Part shown: positions 38,361-46,983 of the stretch, piece by piece | How the letters are laid out: each line of letters starts with the position of its first letter | Numbering within the stretch: the first letter of the stretch is position 1 | Origin: an uncultured Acidobacteriota bacterium | Lineage (GTDB): Bacteria; Acidobacteriota; UBA6911; RPQK01; JAPXNP01 | Assembly: GCA_963777605.1 (NCBI GenBank) | Contig: CAVZRV010000007.1 | Location: forward strand, 96,001 to 160,000 | DNA: 64,000 nucleotides | Direction: 5' to 3' | The notes under the pieces: model-generated | Seen by the model: only the letters and a program-made list of their open reading frames with translations | What the model was told of the DNA's origin: nothing | The model's database searches: none | Program-made: the position numbers and the translations under genes

Positions 38361-41207
38361 TCAGGGACCCGCCGTGAATTCCCGATCACGGGGTTGACCA
38401 ACCGCTCGGGCCATCGACAGGTTCTGCCGAATCTGGTCCAGCGGAAAACTGTCGTGCTCGTGAATCGCCTGCCGCTCGTTGTTGTCGTTTGGATTTTCCC
38501 TCAGATACGGCCCCGTGATCGACTGGGCACTTTCGTCGGCCTTGAAACGAAGATAGAGCACCTGCTCGTGGTGCGCCCGATCCTGGTCGCCCTGGGCCCG
38601 CCAGCAGAGCATCAGGTTGTAATGCGCCTGCAGGTCTTCAGGATCAATTTTGAGCACGCGCTCAAAGGCCGTGATCGCTTCGGAGAACTCTCTCTGCAGG
38701 AACAGCAAGCGGCCAATCTGGTTCAGAACCACCCGATCCTGCGGATACTGCGATTCTGCCACACGGTAGTGTTCCATGGCCTTGTCATAATCGCCCTGGC
38801 TCTTGTAGGTCATTCCGAGGAAGAAATGGGCACGAGCCAGCTTGGGATCGATTTCGAGCGCCTTGTTCAGAACCTCCTGCGCCTCCACCGGCCGGCCCTC
38901 CTGAACGCGGACGCGTCCGATGTTTACCCATCCGTCCTTGAACGAGGGATCGATCTCAGTGACCCGCGTAAAGACCTCTTCGGCCGCCTTCAGATCACCC
39001 TGAAGAAGGAGGCCTATCCCATAATCGTTCCAGCGGATCAGATCGTCCTTTTCCAAGACGGATTTCTGCTCAGGCACTTCGGCACCGGCATCGACCACTC
39101 GCAACTGCGTTTCGGACTTCGCCATCGTCGTAATGGGCAGTTCCGGAATCTCCTTAAGTTCACCAGACACTTTAGAAGTGTCCCCGGTAAACACCCATTT
39201 GCCGTTGTCGTAACCCTTGCCTACGTCTGGATTGGAATCGCTGGGATCCCGGACTCCGGCGTAGGCCCACTGGGTGTTCCACCAGGCGAACTTGCGGTAG
39301 TTCACCTTGGCCGTCAGGAAGATCTTGTCCCCAGTGTCCTTCGGTACCTGGAGCCGGAAATGGATCGTGTCAGCAGCTCCCGGGGGAATCAGGCGGACGT
39401 AAGCCACCGTCCGGGTCGCCCACGCGTTCCTCTTGTTGATTACGTTGCCCTGCTCGTCGAGCATGCGGGAGCGGTAGAAGTGAGCACTGGGATCGACCGG
39501 TCCCTTGCGCCCGTTCTCATCCTCCGGCACGTAGCCGCTCCAGAAAATGATCTTGCCGTTCTCGTCAACAGCTTTCAGCTCGACCCAAACCTCGAAGGCG
39601 TCCACCGTTCCTCCGGGGAAGAAATGACCAACCCCCTTGGTCCGGAGGACCACGTTGACCCGCACCGTGTCTCCCCGCTTGACGATCGGATTCACTTTGT
39701 CGATCGGGGCAACAATCTGCCCGACTGCAGTGTACCCGGCGCCTCGGCCGCCAAGTGCAACTCCCATCTGGTCGCCTTCGGCGAAGGTCGAAGAGGTCTG
39801 GAGGTTGTCCAGGGCTGAAACGGGAGCCTGGCGATCTTCATCTTCTGAGACTTCACTCAAGGCAAAGATGTCAATCCCGACCTGGTCGTTCTGAAGGAAC
39901 TCGGTAACCAGCTTCAGCTGATCATCGTGCTTGTAGGCGGTTGGCAATGCAGTGTTGGCCCCGGGGAAACGATGATCGTGGACGACCCCTTCCACGTTGC
40001 CGGCATCGTCAGACGCAACCAGCGGCATGTGACAGTCGGCACAGGCCTTGGCATTGGCCGGATAGTAAAAGCTGCGCGCCCCATGACCGGAGACTCCACT
40101 CGACTGCCACCCGTCATACTCGTTGAATCCGCGGATCCAACGATAGTTGTTGACCGGGGCGTCGAGGTGAACCTTATGACAAGCCGAACAGTACTCCGCG
40201 GTCTGTTCTTTCATGAACGGTTTCATGAAAGTCTTGCGGTGCGGTCCCGGATCCAGCTTCACGACGAAATCGTGGAGATACTGAATCACCGGGTTGTCGC
40301 TGGTGGCCAGATCGTGCAGGGGCGGATACTCGATGACGAAATTGCCGTTGCCCATGGTGCTGCCGACCGAAACGATCGAGTGGCACGAAGTGCAGGTCAG
40401 GCCGACGTGGGCTTCGGGGCGGTCGATCTGGTCCTTGATCGGGGTATCCATCATCCCGTTGAAGAACATCGCGTGATCATGACACCCGGCGCACCACTTC
40501 GATGGCTGCGTCCCGACAGTGTCCTGCATGTACTCGACTGCCTTGCGATACCACTGGTTGTTGAAAGAAGCGAGATGGTGAGCGCTGGTCTGCCACTGCT
40601 TGTAAATATCCGGGTGACAACCCGATTTGCCGCATGTGTCCGGCTTCATGAAGAAGTCCGACGGGATAGTGTGTCCGACGTCGGTTTGTGCTGAAGAGGG
40701 AAAGAAAGGACTGCCCTCACCCGCTCCCTCGTGTTGCATTTCGGTCGGAACAACGATCGGGTTCTCGATTTTCGGGGTTTCGGTCCATCCGGACAGCGGT
40801 ATCACGATCGCCAGGGCAATGACTCCTAGCGCCGCGGCGCCGATCAGCCTCCAATCGGACCGCCTGACCAGGGAATGAAGCACGAACACACCAAACGCAA
40901 CAAACGAGATGACCACATGAACATCAAGCGCAGTCTGGTGAGGTCGCGTGGTTCCCGTTATGAACAAGTACACTCCGACCAGGGCGCCCCCTGCCAGCAG
41001 GGCAAACCCGACCTTTCCCTCCCACCGGGCATCCTGAAAAAGGCTTCGGAAGCACTTGACCAGCAACACGATCAAGGCCAAACCAAGGCCCAGATGAACG
41101 AAGATGTTTGCGACGTAGAAAAGGCTCGGTGACTCGAAATACCAGAGATACACCGCATTGAGCGCGGTCAACCCCAGAACCGGTACAAATAGTTTCTGCA
41201 GTTTCAT
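38361..41207 (-). CDS. Membrane-anchored multiheme cytochrome c with C-terminal TPR repeats
   Basis: About 5 N-terminal TM helices; CGKSGCH, CAGCH, CTSCH, CSACH, CADCH; TPR segments after WNDYGIGLL. Confidence 0.85.
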   Translation of the reverse strand: MKLQKLFVPVLGLTALNAVYLWYFESPSLFYVANIFVHLGLGLALIVLLVKCFRSLFQDARWEGKVGFALLAGGALVGVYLFITGTTRPHQTALDVHVVISFVAFGVFVLHSLVRRSDWRLIGAAALGVIALAIVIPLSGWTETPKIENPIVVPTEMQHEGAGEGSPFFPSSAQTDVGHTIPSDFFMKPDTCGKSGCHPDIYKQWQTSAHHLASFNNQWYRKAVEYMQDTVGTQPSKWCAGCHDHAMFFNGMMDTPIKDQIDRPEAHVGLTCTSCHSIVSVGSTMGNGNFVIEYPPLHDLATSDNPVIQYLHDFVVKLDPGPHRKTFMKPFMKEQTAEYCSACHKVHLDAPVNNYRWIRGFNEYDGWQSSGVSGHGARSFYYPANAKACADCHMPLVASDDAGNVEGVVHDHRFPGANTALPTAYKHDDQLKLVTEFLQNDQVGIDIFALSEVSEDEDRQAPVSALDNLQTSSTFAEGDQMGVALGGRGAGYTAVGQIVAPIDKVNPIVKRGDTVRVNVVLRTKGVGHFFPGGTVDAFEVWVELKAVDENGKIIFWSGYVPEDENGRKGPVDPSAHFYRSRMLDEQGNVINKRNAWATRTVAYVRLIPPGAADTIHFRLQVPKDTGDKIFLTAKVNYRKFAWWNTQWAYAGVRDPSDSNPDVGKGYDNGKWVFTGDTSKVSGELKEIPELPITTMAKSETQLRVVDAGAEVPEQKSVLEKDDLIRWNDYGIGLLLQGDLKAAEEVFTRVTEIDPSFKDGWVNIGRVRVQEGRPVEAQEVLNKALEIDPKLARAHFFLGMTYKSQGDYDKAMEHYRVAESQYPQDRVVLNQIGRLLFLQREFSEAITAFERVLKIDPEDLQAHYNLMLCWRAQGDQDRAHHEQVLYLRFKADESAQSITGPYLRENPNDNNERQAIHEHDSFPLDQIRQNLSMARAVGQPRDREFTAGP

Positions 41208-41313
41208 TCACTCCCCCGAAATTGCGTTTCGACGGATTCGCCTAAACAGAGAACACGTTGAACGACCAGATATGCCCCGCAGCCGGGCGGGGCAGACTTA
41301 GCGGGATAAATAT

Positions 41314-41329
41314 AGCAACTTTTATTCCC
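41314..41329 (-). promoter_or_regulatory. Putative sigma54 -24/-12 promoter of the cytochrome gene
   Basis: GGGAATAAAAGTTGCT (GG-N10-GC); AT-rich upstream region with IHF consensus AATCAAAGATTTA at 41503..41515. Confidence 0.45.
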
Positions 41330-41606
41330 GGACGTGTCAACTTTGGTTAAAAAACTCCGCAAACCTCCATGTAGCAAAGATTTGCTTCGTCGCAGGCAAG
41401 GAGGAAAATCAACACTATACAACAAAGGAATCCATAAAACCTATGAATTCAAAACCATGAAAACCAGGAGAGAATCCTGTATTCGCAATAAAAGACACTT
41501 AGAATCAAAGATTTACAGAAATCATGGAAATTATGATCGTAACTGGCGTCAAATTTTCTTCACCTACTTCTCCATCCGGCCGCTATTTCAGCAACGATCG
41601 AGACGG

Positions 41607-43310
41607 TCAGGAAATCGGCTCCCGCACCGTCAGCACGCGGTCCACAGGCGGAGATTCCACATTCTGGACCTGCCCCGACGGCCAGATTATCTCGAGGCGA
41701 TCCACCGAATCGTGATTTCCCAACCCAACCGAGACCACTGGTTCGCTTGCCGACAGGTAAGACCGTCCTGAAACCAGGAAACGAGTCATTACAGTGTCAC
41801 CGATTATCACCCGGATCTTCGCGCCGTAGCCTACCCGGTTGCTCTTGGTGCCTTCCAGCTTGATTCTCATCCAGTGATTTCCGTGGGTTTCGTTTCGTAA
41901 GAGGTGGGCAGTTCCGCCGTTCTGAGTGAGGACAAAATCGATATCCCCATCCGCGTCGAAATCGGCCCCGGCGAATCCCCGCGCTACCAGCAACTTCTTC
42001 TCACGGACGACCATGTCCTCCGGAACCGCCGAAAACTTCCCTTCTCCGAGGTTGTGAAAGAACTGGGGCGGCTGCTGGTAGGCCTGCGAATGACGCGTCT
42101 GGGAGATGTTCGGCTCGATGTGTCCGTTTACAATCAGAATGTCGAGCCAGCCGTCGTTGTCAAAATCTTCCACCAGGGTCCCGAACGCCAACGTCATCAG
42201 CGTTGGGATCCCTATCCCGACCTGGGCGGCGTCATCAATGAAGTAACCGGAACCCGTTCCCCGGAAAAAGGCCACCATTTCCTGGGAGAAGTTCCCAATC
42301 ACGATATCGACCAATCCATCGCGATCGATATCTCCGGCATCGATTCCCATGCCGCCCCGAGCCGCTCCCGACTCGCTGTACGCCATGCCTGAATCTTCGC
42401 CCACATCGCTGAATGTCCCGTCCTTCTGGTTGATCAACAGGAAATTACCCACGGTATCGTTGGCAACCGCCACATCAGGCCAACCGTCGTCATTGATGTC
42501 CAAAATCACCACTCCCAGGGTTTTCCCTCGATACCGAGACAGACCCGACTTCTTGGTGACGTTCTGAAACTCCTTCCCTCCGAGGTTCCTGAAAAGGCAG
42601 TTTTCAATTGCCGGGTAGACTTCGGGAGTGCAGTAAGTTCGATGGACGCCATCAGGACTGCAGGGTATGTCGGTCTCCGGCGTCCACTTCACGTAGCGGC
42701 CAACGTAGAGATCCAGAAATCCGTCGCGGTCGTAGTCAAGAAAGGCAACACTCGACCCGTACCCCGGGCAATTAATGTTAAGTTCGCCCGCCGCTTCACG
42801 GAACCTCCCGTTTCCCAGGTTGCGGAAGACCCGGACCCGGTCCGTCCCCGAAACCACGAGATCCAGCCAACCGTCGTTCTCAATGTCCCCGACGGCCGCA
42901 CCCATGGCGAAAAAGGTGACATCAAGCCCGGCGCTCAGCAGTCACATCCTCGAAGTGTCCTCCCCCAGGTTCCGCCACAACGCCTGGACCGGCTTCTGAT
43001 CCGATTTTCCGTTCAAAGGGGCGCCGTTCGCGAAATAGATATCGGGCCACCCGTCGTTGTCGTAGTCAAAAACGGCGACCCCGGACCCCATCGTTTCGGG
43101 CAACAGCCTTTCCGGGCTCGCACTGTTGAAATGGGTGAACTTGACCCCGGACTCTTCGGTCATGTCGCTGAACAGATAGCTCTTGGCGACCCGGTCAGCC
43201 GTCACGGCCTCTTTGGGGGCACCGGATGCCTCAGCGGGTTCTCCACCTGAAGTGCCGCAGGCGCTCAGCAAAAGACATCCGGCCAGAAAACTCAAAAGTC
43301 GACTCTTCAT
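41607..43310 (-). CDS. CRTAC1 family lipoprotein (FG-GAP + ASPIC/UnbV), two compensating indels at ~42965/42935
   Basis: LLLSAC lipobox, LLPETMGSG, DYDNDGWPD, SNRVGYGA, WPSG; both ORF parts share one frame. Confidence 0.85.
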
Positions 43311-44683
43311 CTTCCCGATTTCTGCTCCAACAGGTTGTGTTTCTTCAGGTAGTAAGACAGGTTGCGCTCATCGACCCCGAGCAGTCGCGCCGCGTCCCGC
43401 TTGACTCCGTCGGCCGCCCGCAGAGCCGCCAGCAGGACACGCTTTTCTTCGTTGGCCAGAGACTCTCTCAGGTTGAGCGTTTCAGCCAGGTTGAGAGCTC
43501 CCGGAAACGGTGCCTCGCCCCGAATGTTCTCCGGGAGACTTCCCGCCGACAACTTCCGCCCCTTCTCGAGGATCACCGCTCTTTCCATCACGTTACGCAG
43601 CTCCCGAATATTCCCCGGCCACTGGTAGATCTCCAGGTATGCCAGAACTTCAGGTTCGAAATCCACGATGAGTTTCCCGGTCTTCCCGGCGAACTCCTCC
43701 ATGAAGGCTTGCGCCAGCACTTCGATGTCGTCAACCCGTTCCCGCAAAGGAGGGATCTTGATCGTAAAAACGTTGATGCGGTAGTAAAGATCCTGGCGGA
43801 ATCGGCCGTCACTCATGTCCGCCTCGAGGTTGGCGTTGGTGGCCGATACCAGACGCACATCGACGCTGGTCGATCGACTTTCCCCCACCCGTTCGAACAC
43901 TCCTTCTTCAAGCACCCGCAAGACCTTGGTCTGAGCGGACTCGGGTAGACACCCAATTTCATCCAGGAAGAGCGTTCCAGTATGAGCCACCTTGAAGCGC
44001 CCGTCACGATCCCGAGAAGCTCCGGTGAATGCTCCACGACAATGGCCGAAGAACTCACTTTCAAAGAGGTCCATTGGGATGGCGGCACAGTTTACGCTCA
44101 CAAACGGCCGGTTCTTACGCAGGCTGGAACGGTGGATCAGCCGGGCGACCTCTTCCTTCCCGGTACCCGACTCTCCCAACAGAAGGACACTCGAGTCGGT
44201 CGGGGCAGCTGCTTCGACCAGTTCCAGGATCCTCAACCACGCCTTGCTGCGCCCCAGAGGCCGACGCTCGCCGCCTGCCTTTGAGCGAAGATAATCGAGC
44301 TCCCGCCTGCGGGCGCTCTCAGACAACGCGCGCTCCAGCAACTGCAGCAGTTCATCCATCTCGGCCGGCTTTTCCATGAACTCGAAAGCCCCGGCCTTGA
44401 TGCACTCCACTGCAGAAGGAACGCTTCCAAATGCCGTCAAAACGATTACAGGAAGTTCGGGCTTGCGTTCCTTCATCTGCTTGAGAAGGTCAAGTCCGCT
44501 CATTCCGGGCATCTTCAGGTCGGTAATGACCACGTCGAGCCCGTCAAGCATGTCCGACTTCAGCGCATCCTTTGCAAAAGACGCAGTCCGAATGGTGTAT
44601 CCCTTCCTGGACAACACCAGAGAAAGAGACTCGCGAACATACGCCTCATCATCTACCACCAACACGGTTCCCTGTCTTGTCAT
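43307..44683 (-). CDS. Sigma54-dependent NtrC-family response regulator
   Basis: Receiver DLKMPGMSG, GESGTGKE, GAFTGA, FLDEIG, WPGNIRELRN, Fis-type HTH. Confidence 0.95.
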   Translation of the reverse strand: MTRQGTVLVVDDEAYVRESLSLVLSRKGYTIRTASFAKDALKSDMLDGLDVVITDLKMPGMSGLDLLKQMKERKPELPVIVLTAFGSVPSAVECIKAGAFEFMEKPAEMDELLQLLERALSESARRRELDYLRSKAGGERRPLGRSKAWLRILELVEAAAPTDSSVLLLGESGTGKEEVARLIHRSSLRKNRPFVSVNCAAIPMDLFESEFFGHCRGAFTGASRDRDGRFKVAHTGTLFLDEIGCLPESAQTKVLRVLEEGVFERVGESRSTSVDVRLVSATNANLEADMSDGRFRQDLYYRINVFTIKIPPLRERVDDIEVLAQAFMEEFAGKTGKLIVDFEPEVLAYLEIYQWPGNIRELRNVMERAVILEKGRKLSAGSLPENIRGEAPFPGALNLAETLNLRESLANEEKRVLLAALRAADGVKRDAARLLGVDERNLSYYLKKHNLLEQKSGR

Positions 44684-44706
44684 TACGTCTTGGTTCTCTC
44701 CTCCCC

Positions 44707-46437
44707 TTAACCTAGTTCAGTCTCGAGTTCCCTGGAACGGACACCCGGAGACTCGTCACCATCTGCCCCGCCGGCGGCCGGCATGCTGACCGTGAACACG
44801 GCCCCACCCCCGGGACGATTAGCCGCCTCGATATGGCCGTCATGACTCGTGACGATGGTTTGACAGATCGACAATCCCAGTCCGGATGAGCCCCGACCGG
44901 AGACGAAGGGCTCAAACACCCTCCCAATCATTTCATCCGGAATTCCCGGCCCCCTGTCGGCGATCGTCGCGATCACATTACCGTCACGCCGCGAGAACTC
45001 GATCTCAACCACTCCTTTTCCGCCCTGCAACTCTGCCGCATTGATCAGCAAATTCAGAAAGGCCTGACCCAAGGTGACGGGATTTCCTCTCACCATCACG
45101 GTTTCATCGCCCCCCCGCACTTCCACCCGAACCTCACGAAACAGCTGGGTGCCGCGTACAAAGTCCAATGTATCTCTCATTACTGCCTGAATGCAGATCA
45201 GCCCTTTCGGCTTTTGCCCCGGGTCGGCAAACGCGAGCGCGCGACGTGTCACACTGGCCGCCCGCTTCAGACCTTCCCGGACTTTGGCGACAAACTCGAG
45301 ACATGAGTCGTAGCGGCTGCTCTGCAGATCGTCCTCAAGCAGAGTCAGATAATTGGCCATCCCTTCGAGCGGGTTGTTGATCTCATGAGCCATTCCTGCC
45401 GCCAGGCGTCCAACACTGGCAAGCCGTTCGCTGTGCATCAATTGACGTTCCAACTCCCTGATCTGGGCCTGCTGGCGATTTTCCAGCTGGAGTGAAATTC
45501 CCCGACGGACCTGCCGGACAGCGATAACCCCGAGAATGGCCGCCAGAAGCAAGAGAGCAGCATTCACGGCCAGCGTCATCCGATAGCGCTCGCTCAAACG
45601 AGTCACCGACTCAACCAGTCCGGCACGCTTCTCCGACCAGAGGATGGCCCAGTCGATCGGTGGAGACCAGTCGGGGTCGCGAACCGGAACGACAACCGTT
45701 GAGGAGGCCTCCGGGTCTTTCCCGATCCCGTCCTCGACTTGAGAATAAGGACGCAGGGCAAGGCTGTACTTTTGGCTCGGCGAAGCCAGCCGGAGCAGCT
45801 CGGGTATCGAGAGAAGCGCCTCCATCAGATTCCCTGAGTTGGCATCCCCCAGCGGCCACCGCCCCAGGATGTGCGAGTCACCGTCGTTGTCCCCCTCGGG
45901 GACTTCCTCGGTGGCCGGAAGCATCACGGGCGCACCGTCGCGGACTCCCGCCGCCAGCACGGGCTCGTCTTCCAGGTAGAGGGTGATCCGCTCCACCTCC
46001 GGATGAGAAGACAGGAAGAGGAGCAGCGTCGCCTCGGAGTCCAGCCGGCGCCAGCGCCGGGCCATCGGGTCAGGATTACCGAGCGCCTCCTGGAGACTGG
46101 CGATCGGCGGTGACTGGGCAAGAAAAACGAAGTCGGCCCGAGTGGAGGCAAGAATTGCCTCGAGGCTCTTGGCCCCCGCAAGTGCCTGCAGTTCCAGGTC
46201 CTTGACTACCTCCTGCCGGGCTTCCCTCCCAGAGTAGATAATGCCCCAGAACCCGATCACGTTGACGGCAACCAGCAGGATCACCAGCGCAACGAGCAGA
46301 CCAGCACCAGGCTCTCCCAACCATCGGTGGAAAAGGCGTCGCCGGTTCACTGCCGGGATTCCACCCGAATCCGACTGGGAATTCGACGGGACGTCACGGG
46401 TCAAGGTCACCTCCTCTCGCGCCCGAAATCCATTCAT
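44707..46437 (-). CDS. Membrane sensor histidine kinase
   Basis: Two TM helices around a periplasmic domain; AHEINNPL, NLLINA, DRGPGI, GLGL. Confidence 0.92.
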   Translation of the reverse strand: MNGFRAREEVTLTRDVPSNSQSDSGGIPAVNRRRLFHRWLGEPGAGLLVALVILLVAVNVIGFWGIIYSGREARQEVVKDLELQALAGAKSLEAILASTRADFVFLAQSPPIASLQEALGNPDPMARRWRRLDSEATLLLFLSSHPEVERITLYLEDEPVLAAGVRDGAPVMLPATEEVPEGDNDGDSHILGRWPLGDANSGNLMEALLSIPELLRLASPSQKYSLALRPYSQVEDGIGKDPEASSTVVVPVRDPDWSPPIDWAILWSEKRAGLVESVTRLSERYRMTLAVNAALLLLAAILGVIAVRQVRRGISLQLENRQQAQIRELERQLMHSERLASVGRLAAGMAHEINNPLEGMANYLTLLEDDLQSSRYDSCLEFVAKVREGLKRAASVTRRALAFADPGQKPKGLICIQAVMRDTLDFVRGTQLFREVRVEVRGGDETVMVRGNPVTLGQAFLNLLINAAELQGGKGVVEIEFSRRDGNVIATIADRGPGIPDEMIGRVFEPFVSGRGSSGLGLSICQTIVTSHDGHIEAANRPGGGAVFTVSMPAAGGADGDESPGVRSRELETELG

Positions 46438-46638
46438 ATCTTACTTCATAAAATATACGGAGTCGCAATCAAGACCCAAATGGTTGAAAAAAATGAGCTT
46501 GCGAATTCAAAGGCGCCGATGCCCCCTGCTGCCCACCAACACTACACCGACTGTCCTTAACAATAATCATATGTTTTATGAACAGTTTCCTTCCAGATGA
46601 AGGCGCACACATTCCGGGATAGATTACAAGTCATTATT

Positions 46639-46695
46639 TTTCAACAAGTTAAAGAAACATTGTCGATTACTTCGAAAATTGGCCCGCATCTTGCT
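46639..46695 (+). promoter_or_regulatory. Sigma54 promoter with an upstream IHF-like site
   Basis: TGGCCCGCATCTTGCT (46680..46695) fits TGGC-N7-TTGCW; TTTCAACAAGTTA at 46639..46651. Confidence 0.65.
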
Positions 46696-46712
46696 ATAGG
46701 GAAATGTGACGC

Positions 46713-46868
46713 ATGAACTGGACCAAAGACAGCGATAACTGGCAAGAGGTCTTCGACGGAGATGTTCCGGCGCACAACCCCCGCGCGCGGACTGCCCGTG
46801 ACGGTTCGTGCACCGACAACCGGACGGTCGACGAAATTCACCGCGTCGGTTTTGTGCAGACAAGATAA
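46713..46868 (+). CDS. Candidate 51-aa small ORF (alternatively part of an sRNA)
   Basis: ATG..TAA frame MNWTKDSDNWQEVFDGDVPAHNPRARTARDGSCTDNRTVDEIHRVGFVQTR between the sigma54 motif and a hairpin. Confidence 0.3.
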   Translation: MNWTKDSDNWQEVFDGDVPAHNPRARTARDGSCTDNRTVDEIHRVGFVQTR

Positions 46869-46896
46869 GCATTTCCCCCCTTACCACCACGAAGTT

Positions 46897-46938
46897 CGAT
46901 TCCAGCGGCCCTGATCAAGCCGCTGGAATCGTAATTTC
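46897..46938 (+). terminator. 13-bp perfect hairpin, possible terminator
   Basis: CGATTCCAGCGGC-N9-GCCGCTGGAATCG followed by TAATTTCC. Confidence 0.55.
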
Positions 46939-46983
46939 CAATCGATCCTTTCGGGGGGATGTGATGATTCGAGGAATCAGATC

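Noticed and set aside
42942-42944. In-frame TGA between the two halves of the CRTAC1 gene (possible selenocysteine readthrough)
   Set aside because: The conserved GGHFEDVT motif lies in another frame across this stretch, indicating two compensating indels
46894-46903. GTTCGATTCC resembling a tRNA T-loop
   Set aside because: Part of a simple 13-bp hairpin; no cloverleaf or CCA
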